Assembly (NCBI GenBank): GCA_900549865.1
Contig: URPU01000001.1
Location: 1 to 59,106 of the forward strand
Length of the DNA: 59,106 nt
Reading direction: 5' to 3'
From: an uncultured Eubacteriales bacterium
Lineage (GTDB): Bacteria; Bacillota; Clostridia; Oscillospirales; Oscillospiraceae
Shown in pieces: positions 37,466 to 45,470 of the stretch. Made by a program: the position numbers and the translations under genes. The first letter of the stretch is position 1. Every line of letters begins with the position of its first letter. The notes under the pieces are model-generated. The model saw nothing but the letters and a program-made list of their open reading frames with translations, ran no database searches and was not told the DNA's origin.

Positions 37466-38092
37466 ATGAGCAAATTTGTAATCACCGTCGCGCGAGAGAC
37501 TGGCAGCGGCGGGCACAACATCACGCGGAAGCTGGCAGAAGCGCTGAACGTCCCCTACTATGACCGCGACCTCCTGCGCTATGCTTCCGAGGTCAGCGGC
37601 ATAAACGAGCGGCTTTTCGGACAGGCGGATGAGCGCATCGGCTTCAAGGAAATGATATCCGCCGCGGAAAAGGTGTATACCGGCGATATACTTCCGCCCG
37701 ACAGCGACGACTATATCTCCACGGCAAACCTCTTCGCCTTTCAGGCAAAGATAATAAAGGAGCTGGCGCAGCAGGAAAGCTGCATAATCCTCGGCCGCTG
37801 CGCAAACTATCTTCTCGAGGATAGGCGCGATGTTCTGCGCGTGTTCATCCACGCGCCGCTCGAAAGCCGTCTGGCGCGCGTGGCCTCATATTCGCTGGCG
37901 TGGTCTGAAAGAGAGGTCGCAAGGCACATCCGCGTTGAGGACAAGCGCCGCGCAGCGTATTACCATTACTACACAGGCGAGGAATGGCGCGACGCGGCAG
38001 GCTATGACCTGTGCCTCGACTCCGGCGTTCTCGGCGAGGACGGCTGTGTCGAGCGGATAATGAATGTGCTTCCTCTGTACGCTGAAAAGTGA
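37466..38092 (+). CDS. Cytidylate-kinase-like family protein
   Basis: ITVARETGSGGHNI..., 208 aa, typical Cytidylate_kin2-like pattern. Confidence 0.6.
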   Translation: MSKFVITVARETGSGGHNITRKLAEALNVPYYDRDLLRYASEVSGINERLFGQADERIGFKEMISAAEKVYTGDILPPDSDDYISTANLFAFQAKIIKELAQQESCIILGRCANYLLEDRRDVLRVFIHAPLESRLARVASYSLAWSEREVARHIRVEDKRRAAYYHYYTGEEWRDAAGYDLCLDSGVLGEDGCVERIMNVLPLYAEK

Positions 38093-38099
38093 ACATCGC

Positions 38100-38137
38100 A
38101 AAACGCATCCGGTCGGATAACTGACCGGATGCGTTTT
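38100..38137. terminator. Bidirectional terminator between convergent operons
   Basis: AAAACGCATCCGGTC-ggataact-GACCGGATGCGTTTT. Confidence 0.8.
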
Positions 38138-38143
38138 CGTATA

Positions 38144-39856
38144 TCATATGTTCTTTATCTGGTTTTGTATCAGCTTGCCGACGGTATCCGCCAGCATGTC
38201 CAGCGACTTTATTCGCGCGAAATCCCTGCCGTAGACGAGCTTTGCCGCGGGGAGATCCTCATCGTCGCCCGTGAAAACGCACACGACGGATATCCCATCG
38301 GCCCGCGCGCGGCGAACCTCTATCGCCGTGTCGGTTATGCCCGCCTGCTGCTCATATAACTCCGGCTCACCGCCGCGGACAGACGGGATCTTGACAACGT
38401 CGTTCGGCTTTACGTCCGACAGCACGATGAGCAGCTTGTGCGCATACGGCGAGGACGCCATGAGATAGTGCGCGGCCGATATCGCAAGCCCGTCACGGTT
38501 ACAGCCGTTTGAAACATACTCAAATATTTTCCTGTTGTCTCGCGGCTTGTCATAGTCGCGGAAAATGCGCAGGATGGTATAGCCCGTCATGGAGCAGAAG
38601 GACATGACCCGGCACGGGATGCCGCAGTTCGTCAGACTCTCCGCGATCATATAGCCCTGCGCGGACACGGCCTCCTGCCGGCTCTTCTGCGAGGTGGACG
38701 CGTCGAGGAGGATATCCACGGAAAGGTCGCCGACATCGTCCTGCTCGTTCTTTATGAACACCTTTGAATCGTCCAGCATGGCGGCGCGCCACGCGAGACT
38801 GCCGTTCAGCCGCCCGGAGTTTGCCTTTACGGGGGCAGGCTGTAGGTGCAGCAGCACGGAATTTTGTATCTTCCCTGTCAGCTTTGCAATGGCAGTGCGG
38901 TTCTGTGAAAGATTGGCCTCATAGCTTGCGCGGTTTTTTTCTATCTGCGCGGCCTCGCGCTGGCGCGAAAGCGCCTCAAACCCGTTTTGGATCTGGGATA
39001 CATCCGGCCTCTCGCCGCGCGTGAAGTGCAGGTGGCACATTGCGTGACTGCCGGTGCAGATGCTGCGCTCCATCTCGTCCGACACGCGCGGGGAAAAGGC
39101 GCTTTTGCCGTATTTTGTCTCCATGAACGCGCGCAGCTCCGCGGCGGACATCTTGGTTTTTATCTGCCCGTCCTGCGGCTGCCCCTGTCCGCTGCCGCCG
39201 TAGGAATTTTCAGGATGCTCCGCAATGCCGAGGCCGAATTTGCGGAATGTGCCGCTCCCCTGCTTCTTGCCGCGCTTATGCAGCGCCGGGGTTATCAGGC
39301 GGCGCTTTGCCGCTTTCTTCTCCTCCGTGCGTATCTGGAACCAGCGTGTGAAAAGCTCCTTCGTGCGAGCAACTATATCCTCCGTCGTCATGTCCGGCGT
39401 GAACTCCAGCTCGTCAAGCAGCTTTTCGTCGTAGCCGTTCAGCTCAACGGCCAGACCGAGCACACGGGAAAAATGCGCGTATGTCAGCGCCTCATAAAGA
39501 TGAAAATCGTCATGCCCGGCGAAGCTTTTCACCGCGGCCTGCGCATAGCTTCGCCGCAGCGCCGCAAGCGCGGGGCGCGTGACGGCTTCCTTCTGGTATA
39601 TGCTGTTTTCAAGCCCCAGCCAGAAAAGTCCCTCGTAATCGTCCGAATCCTCATACTGCTCAAACGCGCGGAAGAGCGGGATAAACTGCGAATAGTCATA
39701 GTGCCGCCGCGCCGCGCCGAGGATGCAGTTCCAGTACAGATCCGCGCGCCCCTCGCTGTCATAGGCCTTGAAATCGGGCGTAAAATCATAGCGCCCGGCG
39801 CAGTTCCATACAATGTTTAAAGCGCGCTTCTTTTGAAGCTCCGATATAGTGACCAT
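38144..39856 (-). CDS. vWA-domain protein of the NorD/CbbO/CobT-like type
   Basis: 570 aa. C-terminal vWA with MIDAS DASTS, ...RVMSFCS..., LLIVLSDVKPND, ADGISVVCVFTG. Start overlaps the stop of the upstream AAA+ gene (TGATG). Confidence 0.75.
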   Translation of the reverse strand: MVTISELQKKRALNIVWNCAGRYDFTPDFKAYDSEGRADLYWNCILGAARRHYDYSQFIPLFRAFEQYEDSDDYEGLFWLGLENSIYQKEAVTRPALAALRRSYAQAAVKSFAGHDDFHLYEALTYAHFSRVLGLAVELNGYDEKLLDELEFTPDMTTEDIVARTKELFTRWFQIRTEEKKAAKRRLITPALHKRGKKQGSGTFRKFGLGIAEHPENSYGGSGQGQPQDGQIKTKMSAAELRAFMETKYGKSAFSPRVSDEMERSICTGSHAMCHLHFTRGERPDVSQIQNGFEALSRQREAAQIEKNRASYEANLSQNRTAIAKLTGKIQNSVLLHLQPAPVKANSGRLNGSLAWRAAMLDDSKVFIKNEQDDVGDLSVDILLDASTSQKSRQEAVSAQGYMIAESLTNCGIPCRVMSFCSMTGYTILRIFRDYDKPRDNRKIFEYVSNGCNRDGLAISAAHYLMASSPYAHKLLIVLSDVKPNDVVKIPSVRGGEPELYEQQAGITDTAIEVRRARADGISVVCVFTGDDEDLPAAKLVYGRDFARIKSLDMLADTVGKLIQNQIKNI

Positions 39857-40779
39857 CAGCGTTCAAAAAGCTCGTCCTCGCCAAGTCCTGCGGGTATGCG
39901 CGCGGCAATAACGTCCGACACGAGCTGACGCTCAAAGTCGTCAAAGCTCTTGTTTATGATGCCCATTTCAAGCGCCTCATCCAGCCGGAGGCCCTGCTTC
40001 GTCAGTCCGATGGCGGCAAGCAGGCCGCGAAGGTCAAGCGCCTTGGTCGATATCTCGGAATTGTCGCACTTGCGCCGCAGCTCCTGAAACAGCTCTGCAA
40101 GCTGCTGGGCGTATTCGTCCTTAAGCTTCGTGAACTGCGCGAGCATGAGCTTTTTGAGGTTTTCCGCCGAGATTATCGGCATATTGATGACCATGAAGCG
40201 CGAAGCCAGCGCCTCATTGACCTCACGAGTTCCGGCGTAGCCGTAGTTCATGGTGGCAATGAACCTCGTGCACGGGGAAAGCTCTATCCTGTCATATCCG
40301 GGCACGTCGATAATGCGGCGGAAGTCCAGCGTCGCGTGCAGCACGGAGAGGGATTCGTTCTTGGCCATGTTTATCTCATCCAGAACGCCGAAGCCGCCCT
40401 CGTCCGCGCACTGGTATATCGGCCCGCGGCGCAGGCTGACCTCGCCGTTGCTGAAGGTGTCCGTGCCGATGAGAGAGGCGGCGTCGGTGTTGAGATAGAA
40501 GGAAATATCCCATTGGGGCCGGTTGAACACGGCGGCAAGATTTTCCGCAAGGACGTTCTTGCCCGTGGCCTTGGGGCCGACGAGAAGAAGATTTTCCCCC
40601 GCAAGCAGGGCCGCCAGCGCCCTGCGCCACACCTCAAGCCCGTAGTACATATACTTCGGGCGCGGCACGCGGTATTCTTGCCCGGCATTGACCGGGTATT
40701 CCCTGCGGAACGCCTCTATATGCGCAAGCGTGCTCTCGTCTATCCCCTCACTGCGCAGAAATTCAAGCATATCGTTCAT
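39856..40779 (-). CDS. MoxR-class AAA+ ATPase of the CbbQ/NorQ (AAA_5) type
   Basis: Walker A LLVGPKATGKN, Walker B FGVLDEINMA, LHATLDFRRIIDVPG...RFIATMN. RBS AAGGGGGA. Confidence 0.8.
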   Translation of the reverse strand: MNDMLEFLRSEGIDESTLAHIEAFRREYPVNAGQEYRVPRPKYMYYGLEVWRRALAALLAGENLLLVGPKATGKNVLAENLAAVFNRPQWDISFYLNTDAASLIGTDTFSNGEVSLRRGPIYQCADEGGFGVLDEINMAKNESLSVLHATLDFRRIIDVPGYDRIELSPCTRFIATMNYGYAGTREVNEALASRFMVINMPIISAENLKKLMLAQFTKLKDEYAQQLAELFQELRRKCDNSEISTKALDLRGLLAAIGLTKQGLRLDEALEMGIINKSFDDFERQLVSDVIAARIPAGLGEDELFER

Positions 40780-40816
40780 ATTTTATCCCCCTTTTCCGGA
40801 GTATTTTTCGATTCGT

Positions 40817-40845
40817 ATTATAGGCGTTAAGACGCGTTAAGTCAA
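40817..40845 (-). promoter_or_regulatory. Near-consensus sigma-A promoter of the AAA+/vWA operon with direct repeats in the spacer
   Basis: Minus strand TTGACT-17 nt-TATAAT. The spacer holds CTTAACGC twice, 10 nt apart. Confidence 0.55.
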
Positions 40846-40852
40846 TTGAATC

Positions 40853-40881
40853 TTGCATTTGTACCGGCGAGCGGTTAGAAT
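40853..40881 (+). promoter_or_regulatory. Divergent sigma-A-type promoter for the papain-fold gene
   Basis: TTGCAT-17 nt-TAGAAT. Confidence 0.45.
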
Positions 40882-40917
40882 TAATATAAGTTTCAGAACC
40901 TATAGGACGGTGAAAAC

Positions 40918-41601
40918 ATGGTAGAGTACAGACTGCGGCACAGCTTCCCCACGGTGGACAACAAGGGAATACTGACATACGGCGGAAGTCAGCAGCTTTC
41001 AGACAGCGCGGTCATCCGGAAATGCGGCTGCGGCGTCGTTGCGGCGGCGGATCTTTTCATATACCTTCAGCGCTTCCATGCCGGGTGCACGTCAGAGCTG
41101 CTTGAGAGCACCGCCGCGATAAGGCCCATTCCGCTTGAAAGCTATAATGGGATACTGCGCGCGCTGTGCCGCCGCTTTTTCCCGGTGACGCCGCCCTTCG
41201 GCATAAACGGGCTGGGCCTTGTCTGCGGGATTAACCTTTTCTTCGTGCGCAGCGGATACCGCTTCCGCGCACAGTGGGGCGTGAAGTACAGTATGCTGTG
41301 GGAAAGCATAGCGAAGATGCTGGACATGGATATCCCCGTGGTCATCGCCGTCGGGCCGAACCTCCCCTGCTTCTGGCAGAATAACCAGACGGGGCTGTAT
41401 ACGCGTCTGCCGGACGGCAGCTACAGAAAGATAGGCGCGGTGAAGGCGCATTATATGAGCGTGACGGCTCTTGACGGCGAATGGCTGACGGTTTCGTCAT
41501 GGGGGCACAAATACTACATAAGCCGCCGCGATTACGACATGTACGTGCGCACACACAGCAACGGCCTTGTCTGCAACATCGCGTATATCAAGCCGGTCTG
41601 A
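40918..41601 (+). CDS. Hypothetical cytoplasmic protein with papain-like (C39/BtrH-like) thiol peptidase or acyltransferase signature
   Basis: 227 aa. GGSQQ...CGCGVVAAADL (Gln plus Cys), later KAHYMSVTALDGEWLTVSSWG (His), no signal peptide. The fold call is by motif spacing only. Confidence 0.4.
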   Translation: MVEYRLRHSFPTVDNKGILTYGGSQQLSDSAVIRKCGCGVVAAADLFIYLQRFHAGCTSELLESTAAIRPIPLESYNGILRALCRRFFPVTPPFGINGLGLVCGINLFFVRSGYRFRAQWGVKYSMLWESIAKMLDMDIPVVIAVGPNLPCFWQNNQTGLYTRLPDGSYRKIGAVKAHYMSVTALDGEWLTVSSWGHKYYISRRDYDMYVRTHSNGLVCNIAYIKPV

Positions 41602-41664
41602 CGGCATATCCTTTACCGGATACGCACGCCGCGCTGCGTATAGCCTGCCGAACGGAGTGGTCAT

Positions 41665-43047
41665 ATGCAGCTTATTGCAAGTATCAACAGCCATATCAAC
41701 GCCTTTGTGTGGGGGCCGGCCATGCTGGCGCTGTTCATTTTCACGGGGCTGTTTCTCTCTTTTAAAACCGGGTTTATTCAGATAACGCGCTGGCGCTGCA
41801 TCATGCAAAGGACCGTCGGCTCTCTCTTTAAGGGCGGCGCGGCGCACGGAGAGGGCGGCCTAACGCCGTTTCAGGCAATGACAACGGCATTGGCCGGGAC
41901 TGTCGGCACGGGGAACATTGCCGGTGTGACCGGGGCGCTGTTCGCGGGCGGGCCGGGCGCGGTGTTCTGGATGTGGGTGTCGTCTGTGCTGGGGATGGCC
42001 ACAAAGTACGCGGAGATTGCGCTTGCCATGAAATACCGCTCCGCCGATGCAAACGGAACGCTTCACGGAGGACCGATGTATTATATAGAGGCCGGGCTTG
42101 GCCGCGGCTGGCGGTGGCTTGCGGTATGCTTTGCCCTGCTTGGCGGGCTTGCAAGCTTCGGCATCGGCAACATCGCGCAGGGCAGTGAGATCGCAGGCGC
42201 GATGAGCGCGCTTTTCAATACGCCGCGGCTTATAACGGGGATAGGACTTGCGCTCGTCGTGGGCTTCGTGGCGCTGGGCGGCGTAAAGCGCGTCGGCAAT
42301 GTGACGGCGCTGCTCGTGCCGCTGATGTCGGTGCTGTATCTTGCGGCGGGGCTGTTCGTGCTTATAGTGCGGGCGGCGGACGTGCCCGCGATGCTGCTTC
42401 TGATAGTCAAAAGCGCTTTCAGCGCGAAGGCCGCCGCCGGAGGGGCGTTCGGCTATTCCGTGATGCGGGCAATGAAGCTTGGCTTCGCCCGCGGTATTTT
42501 TTCAAACGAGGCCGGGCTTGGCTCCGCGCCGATAGCGCACGCCGCCTCCTCCGCAAGCGAGCCGTGTGAGCAGGCCATGTGGGGCGTGTTTGAGGTGTTT
42601 GCGGACACGATAGTCATATGCTCCGTCACGGCGTTCACGGTGCTGCTATCCGGGATACTCGACGCGCCGGGCGGGCAGGCGGCATACGTCTCCGCCGGGG
42701 CTGCGGCCGCCGCGGCGTTCGACGCGGTCATCCCCGGCCATATCGGCAGCGCGGTGATACAGATAAGCCTGATATTCTTCGCGGTCTCCAGCATGATAAG
42801 CTGGTGCTACTACGGGGAGAGCTGCTGGGGCTATCTCTCCTCCGGAAGCAGGACGGTCATATTTGTATATAAGCTCATTTTCACGGCGGTGTGTGTCGCG
42901 GGGGCGGCAGGCTCCGGCGCGCTGATGTGGGATATATCCGACACGCTCAACGGCCTCATGGCCATCCCGAATCTGACGGCGCTGCTGCTCCTCTCCGGCA
43001 CTGTTGCGGCGTTAAGTCGGGATTATTTCAACAGGGATAGGCAATAG
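41665..43047 (+). CDS. Alanine/glycine:cation symporter (AGCS family)
   Basis: INAFVWGPAMLALFIFTGLF..., FQAMTTALAGTVGTGNIAGV, SNEAGLGSAPIAHA. Confidence 0.85.
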   Translation: MQLIASINSHINAFVWGPAMLALFIFTGLFLSFKTGFIQITRWRCIMQRTVGSLFKGGAAHGEGGLTPFQAMTTALAGTVGTGNIAGVTGALFAGGPGAVFWMWVSSVLGMATKYAEIALAMKYRSADANGTLHGGPMYYIEAGLGRGWRWLAVCFALLGGLASFGIGNIAQGSEIAGAMSALFNTPRLITGIGLALVVGFVALGGVKRVGNVTALLVPLMSVLYLAAGLFVLIVRAADVPAMLLLIVKSAFSAKAAAGGAFGYSVMRAMKLGFARGIFSNEAGLGSAPIAHAASSASEPCEQAMWGVFEVFADTIVICSVTAFTVLLSGILDAPGGQAAYVSAGAAAAAAFDAVIPGHIGSAVIQISLIFFAVSSMISWCYYGESCWGYLSSGSRTVIFVYKLIFTAVCVAGAAGSGALMWDISDTLNGLMAIPNLTALLLLSGTVAALSRDYFNRDRQ

Positions 43048-43142
43048 ATTTCAAATTTCTGTGGCATATACGCGCACATGATGGTATAATAAAAACAATT
43101 TGCAGCTTACCGCATAAATACATATGAAACGGAGAGAAGGCC

Positions 43143-44630
43143 ATGGATGAAGAGCTAAGGCTGAGGAAGAAAAACCTCATAATGTACCCGCTGGGAACTG
43201 TCGGAAGAGATATGATATACAATCTCTTCACCAATTTCATACTCACGTATATTCTTTTCACACGCAAGCTTGACGCGGCGCAGCTTGCCGCCATCACGGC
43301 GATAATGGTCGGCGCGCGTATCTTTGATGCGTTCAACGACCCGATAATGGGCAATATAATCGAGCGCACGCGCACGCGCTGGGGCAAGTTCAAGCCGTGG
43401 CTCGTCATCGGCATCGTGACGACGTCCATCGTCGTCTACCTCGCGTTCAACACCGACTTGCAGGGCTGGAGCTTTATCTGGTTCTTCGGCATCATTTACT
43501 TCATGTACAGCATCACTTACACCATGCACGACATCTCCTATTGGGGCATGATCCCCTCTCTGGGGTCTGACGCGCATGTGCGCAACCAGTTCGCCTCCCG
43601 TGCGACGCTGTTTGCCGGTATGGGCGGCGCGCTTGCGGGCTTCCTTATCCCGCGCTTTACGACGGGCGACGGAACTCTCGGCGGCTCGGCGAGCTATGCG
43701 TATGGCCGCATCGCGCTTGTGATATGCATCCTTGCGCCGCTGTTTCTGTGCTTCACCATCTTCGGCGTGAAGGAAAACCGCAGCTATAACAAGGAAAAGG
43801 TCCCGCCCGTCAGCTTCAAGAAGATAATCGGCACCATCGGCGGGAACGACCAGCTTCTGTGGATTGCGCTCATCTTTCTTATCCAGCAGATCGGCAACGG
43901 GATAGTGCTGGGCGGCCTCGGCTCCACCTACATATACTTCGACCTTGGCTATCAGGGCGGGTATTATTCCAACTTCTCCACCTTCGGCCTTGCCGCCACG
44001 GCGGTGCTGATGGTGTTCTACCCCGCCATTTCCCAGAAAATAAACCGGAAGCCGCTCATGGGCATAATGACGGTGGTCGCAGCTGCCGGGTATATAATAA
44101 TGCTGGCGATAGGCATGGCGATGCCCGCGGCAAACCCGGCGCTGAAATGTTGGCTGTTCACCGGCGGATATATGCTGGCGAATTTCGGCCAGTACAGCTT
44201 CTATCTTATAATGATGATCTCCATACTCAACACCGTTGAGTATAACGAGCTTATCTGCGGCGAACGCGACGAGGCGATAATCTCCTCCCTCCGTCCGTTT
44301 TTGACGAAGCTGTCCTCCGCGCTGATTGCTATCATAACCTATATCTGCTATATCATTTTCGGCGTGCTGGGCTACACAAATCAGATATCCGGGCTTGAAC
44401 AGCTCACCTCCATGGGTGAGCTGACAGAGGCGCAGAAGCTCAGCAGCATTGCAGATGTTATAGTGCAGGTGCAGCCGGGGCAGAAAACGGGCCTTCTCAT
44501 CTGCATAACCGTCGTACCGTTCATTTTCATGTTTGTGTCATACGTGCTGTACAACAAGCACTATAAGCTCGACGAGGATGAGTATGTGCGCATCTGCGGC
44601 GAGCTGGAAAGGCGTGAGCGCGCAGAATGA
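43143..44630 (+). CDS. Glycoside-pentoside-hexuronide (GPH):cation symporter (MelB-like MFS)
   Basis: GPH signature DAFNDPIMGNIIERTRTRWGKFKPW, 12 TM-like segments. Confidence 0.85.
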   Translation: MDEELRLRKKNLIMYPLGTVGRDMIYNLFTNFILTYILFTRKLDAAQLAAITAIMVGARIFDAFNDPIMGNIIERTRTRWGKFKPWLVIGIVTTSIVVYLAFNTDLQGWSFIWFFGIIYFMYSITYTMHDISYWGMIPSLGSDAHVRNQFASRATLFAGMGGALAGFLIPRFTTGDGTLGGSASYAYGRIALVICILAPLFLCFTIFGVKENRSYNKEKVPPVSFKKIIGTIGGNDQLLWIALIFLIQQIGNGIVLGGLGSTYIYFDLGYQGGYYSNFSTFGLAATAVLMVFYPAISQKINRKPLMGIMTVVAAAGYIIMLAIGMAMPAANPALKCWLFTGGYMLANFGQYSFYLIMMISILNTVEYNELICGERDEAIISSLRPFLTKLSSALIAIITYICYIIFGVLGYTNQISGLEQLTSMGELTEAQKLSSIADVIVQVQPGQKTGLLICITVVPFIFMFVSYVLYNKHYKLDEDEYVRICGELERRERAE

Positions 44631-45400
44631 GCATAACAAAGCTGGTGCTGAAATTTGCGCTGCCGCATCCGGCGCTGGAGGAATACGACAGGTTCCTGTT
44701 TATCGGCCCGCACCCAGACGACATTGAGATAGGCGCGGGCGCGACGGCGGCAAAGCTTGCCGCTGCCGGGAAGAAGGTGTGCTTTCTCATATGCATAGAC
44801 GGACGCTTTGGCGACGCGAACGCGCCGCGGGGCGTCACACCGGAGGCGCTTGCCGCCATGCGGCAGGATGAGGCGCGGCAGTCCGCCGCGCGCCTCGGCG
44901 TGCATGACGTGCGCTTCCTCGGTCTCACGGACGGCGGCTTCTATACGCAGGATGAGCTTATGCGCGGCATCGCCCGGAGCATCGGCGAGTTCAGGCCGGA
45001 CGCGGTGTTCGCGCCCGACCCGTGCGTGACGAGCGAATGTCATATCGACCACCTGAATGTCGGCGAGGCCGTGCGCAGGGCGGCATATCTGGCACCATAT
45101 GAAAAGATAATGGCCGGGTACGGCGCTGTAAGCGCCCCGGTCTCGGCACTCGCCTATTACATGACGGCAAAGCCGAACGTCTTTATAAAAACCTCCGGAT
45201 ACGTGAAAGCCCAGCTTGACGCAATATTCTCCTGCCATAAGACGCAGTTTCCAGCCGGTTCGCCGGACGCGGAGTCCATCGCGCTGTACATAAAGCTGCG
45301 CGCGGCGGATTTCGGCCTGCGCAGCATGAAGGGGCAGGCCGAGGGCTTCCGCGTGCTCGGCGTGACGCAGATGCACTGTCTGCCGGAGGCCGGCGACTGA
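44627..45400 (+). CDS. PIG-L/LmbE-family N-acetylglucosaminyl deacetylase
   Basis: FIGPHPDDIEIGAGATAAKL, HIDHLN. ATGA overlap with the GPH gene. Confidence 0.8.
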   Translation: MSITKLVLKFALPHPALEEYDRFLFIGPHPDDIEIGAGATAAKLAAAGKKVCFLICIDGRFGDANAPRGVTPEALAAMRQDEARQSAARLGVHDVRFLGLTDGGFYTQDELMRGIARSIGEFRPDAVFAPDPCVTSECHIDHLNVGEAVRRAAYLAPYEKIMAGYGAVSAPVSALAYYMTAKPNVFIKTSGYVKAQLDAIFSCHKTQFPAGSPDAESIALYIKLRAADFGLRSMKGQAEGFRVLGVTQMHCLPEAGD

Positions 45401-45416
45401 CATACCGAAAAAATTA

Positions 45417-45451
45417 TCAAGGCAAGGCCAATACTTATGGCCTTGCCTTGA
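45417..45451. terminator. Bidirectional terminator between convergent genes
   Basis: TCAAGGCAAGGCCA-atactta-TGGCCTTGCCTTGA. Confidence 0.7.
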
Positions 45452-45470
45452 ATGTTATTCGCCTTATTCG

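Noticed and set aside
41602-41664. Glycine or other amino-acid riboswitch upstream of the AGCS symporter.
   Set aside because: The gap is only 63 nt and contains a single 7-bp hairpin (ATACGCA/TGCGTAT). That is too short for a glycine riboswitch aptamer.
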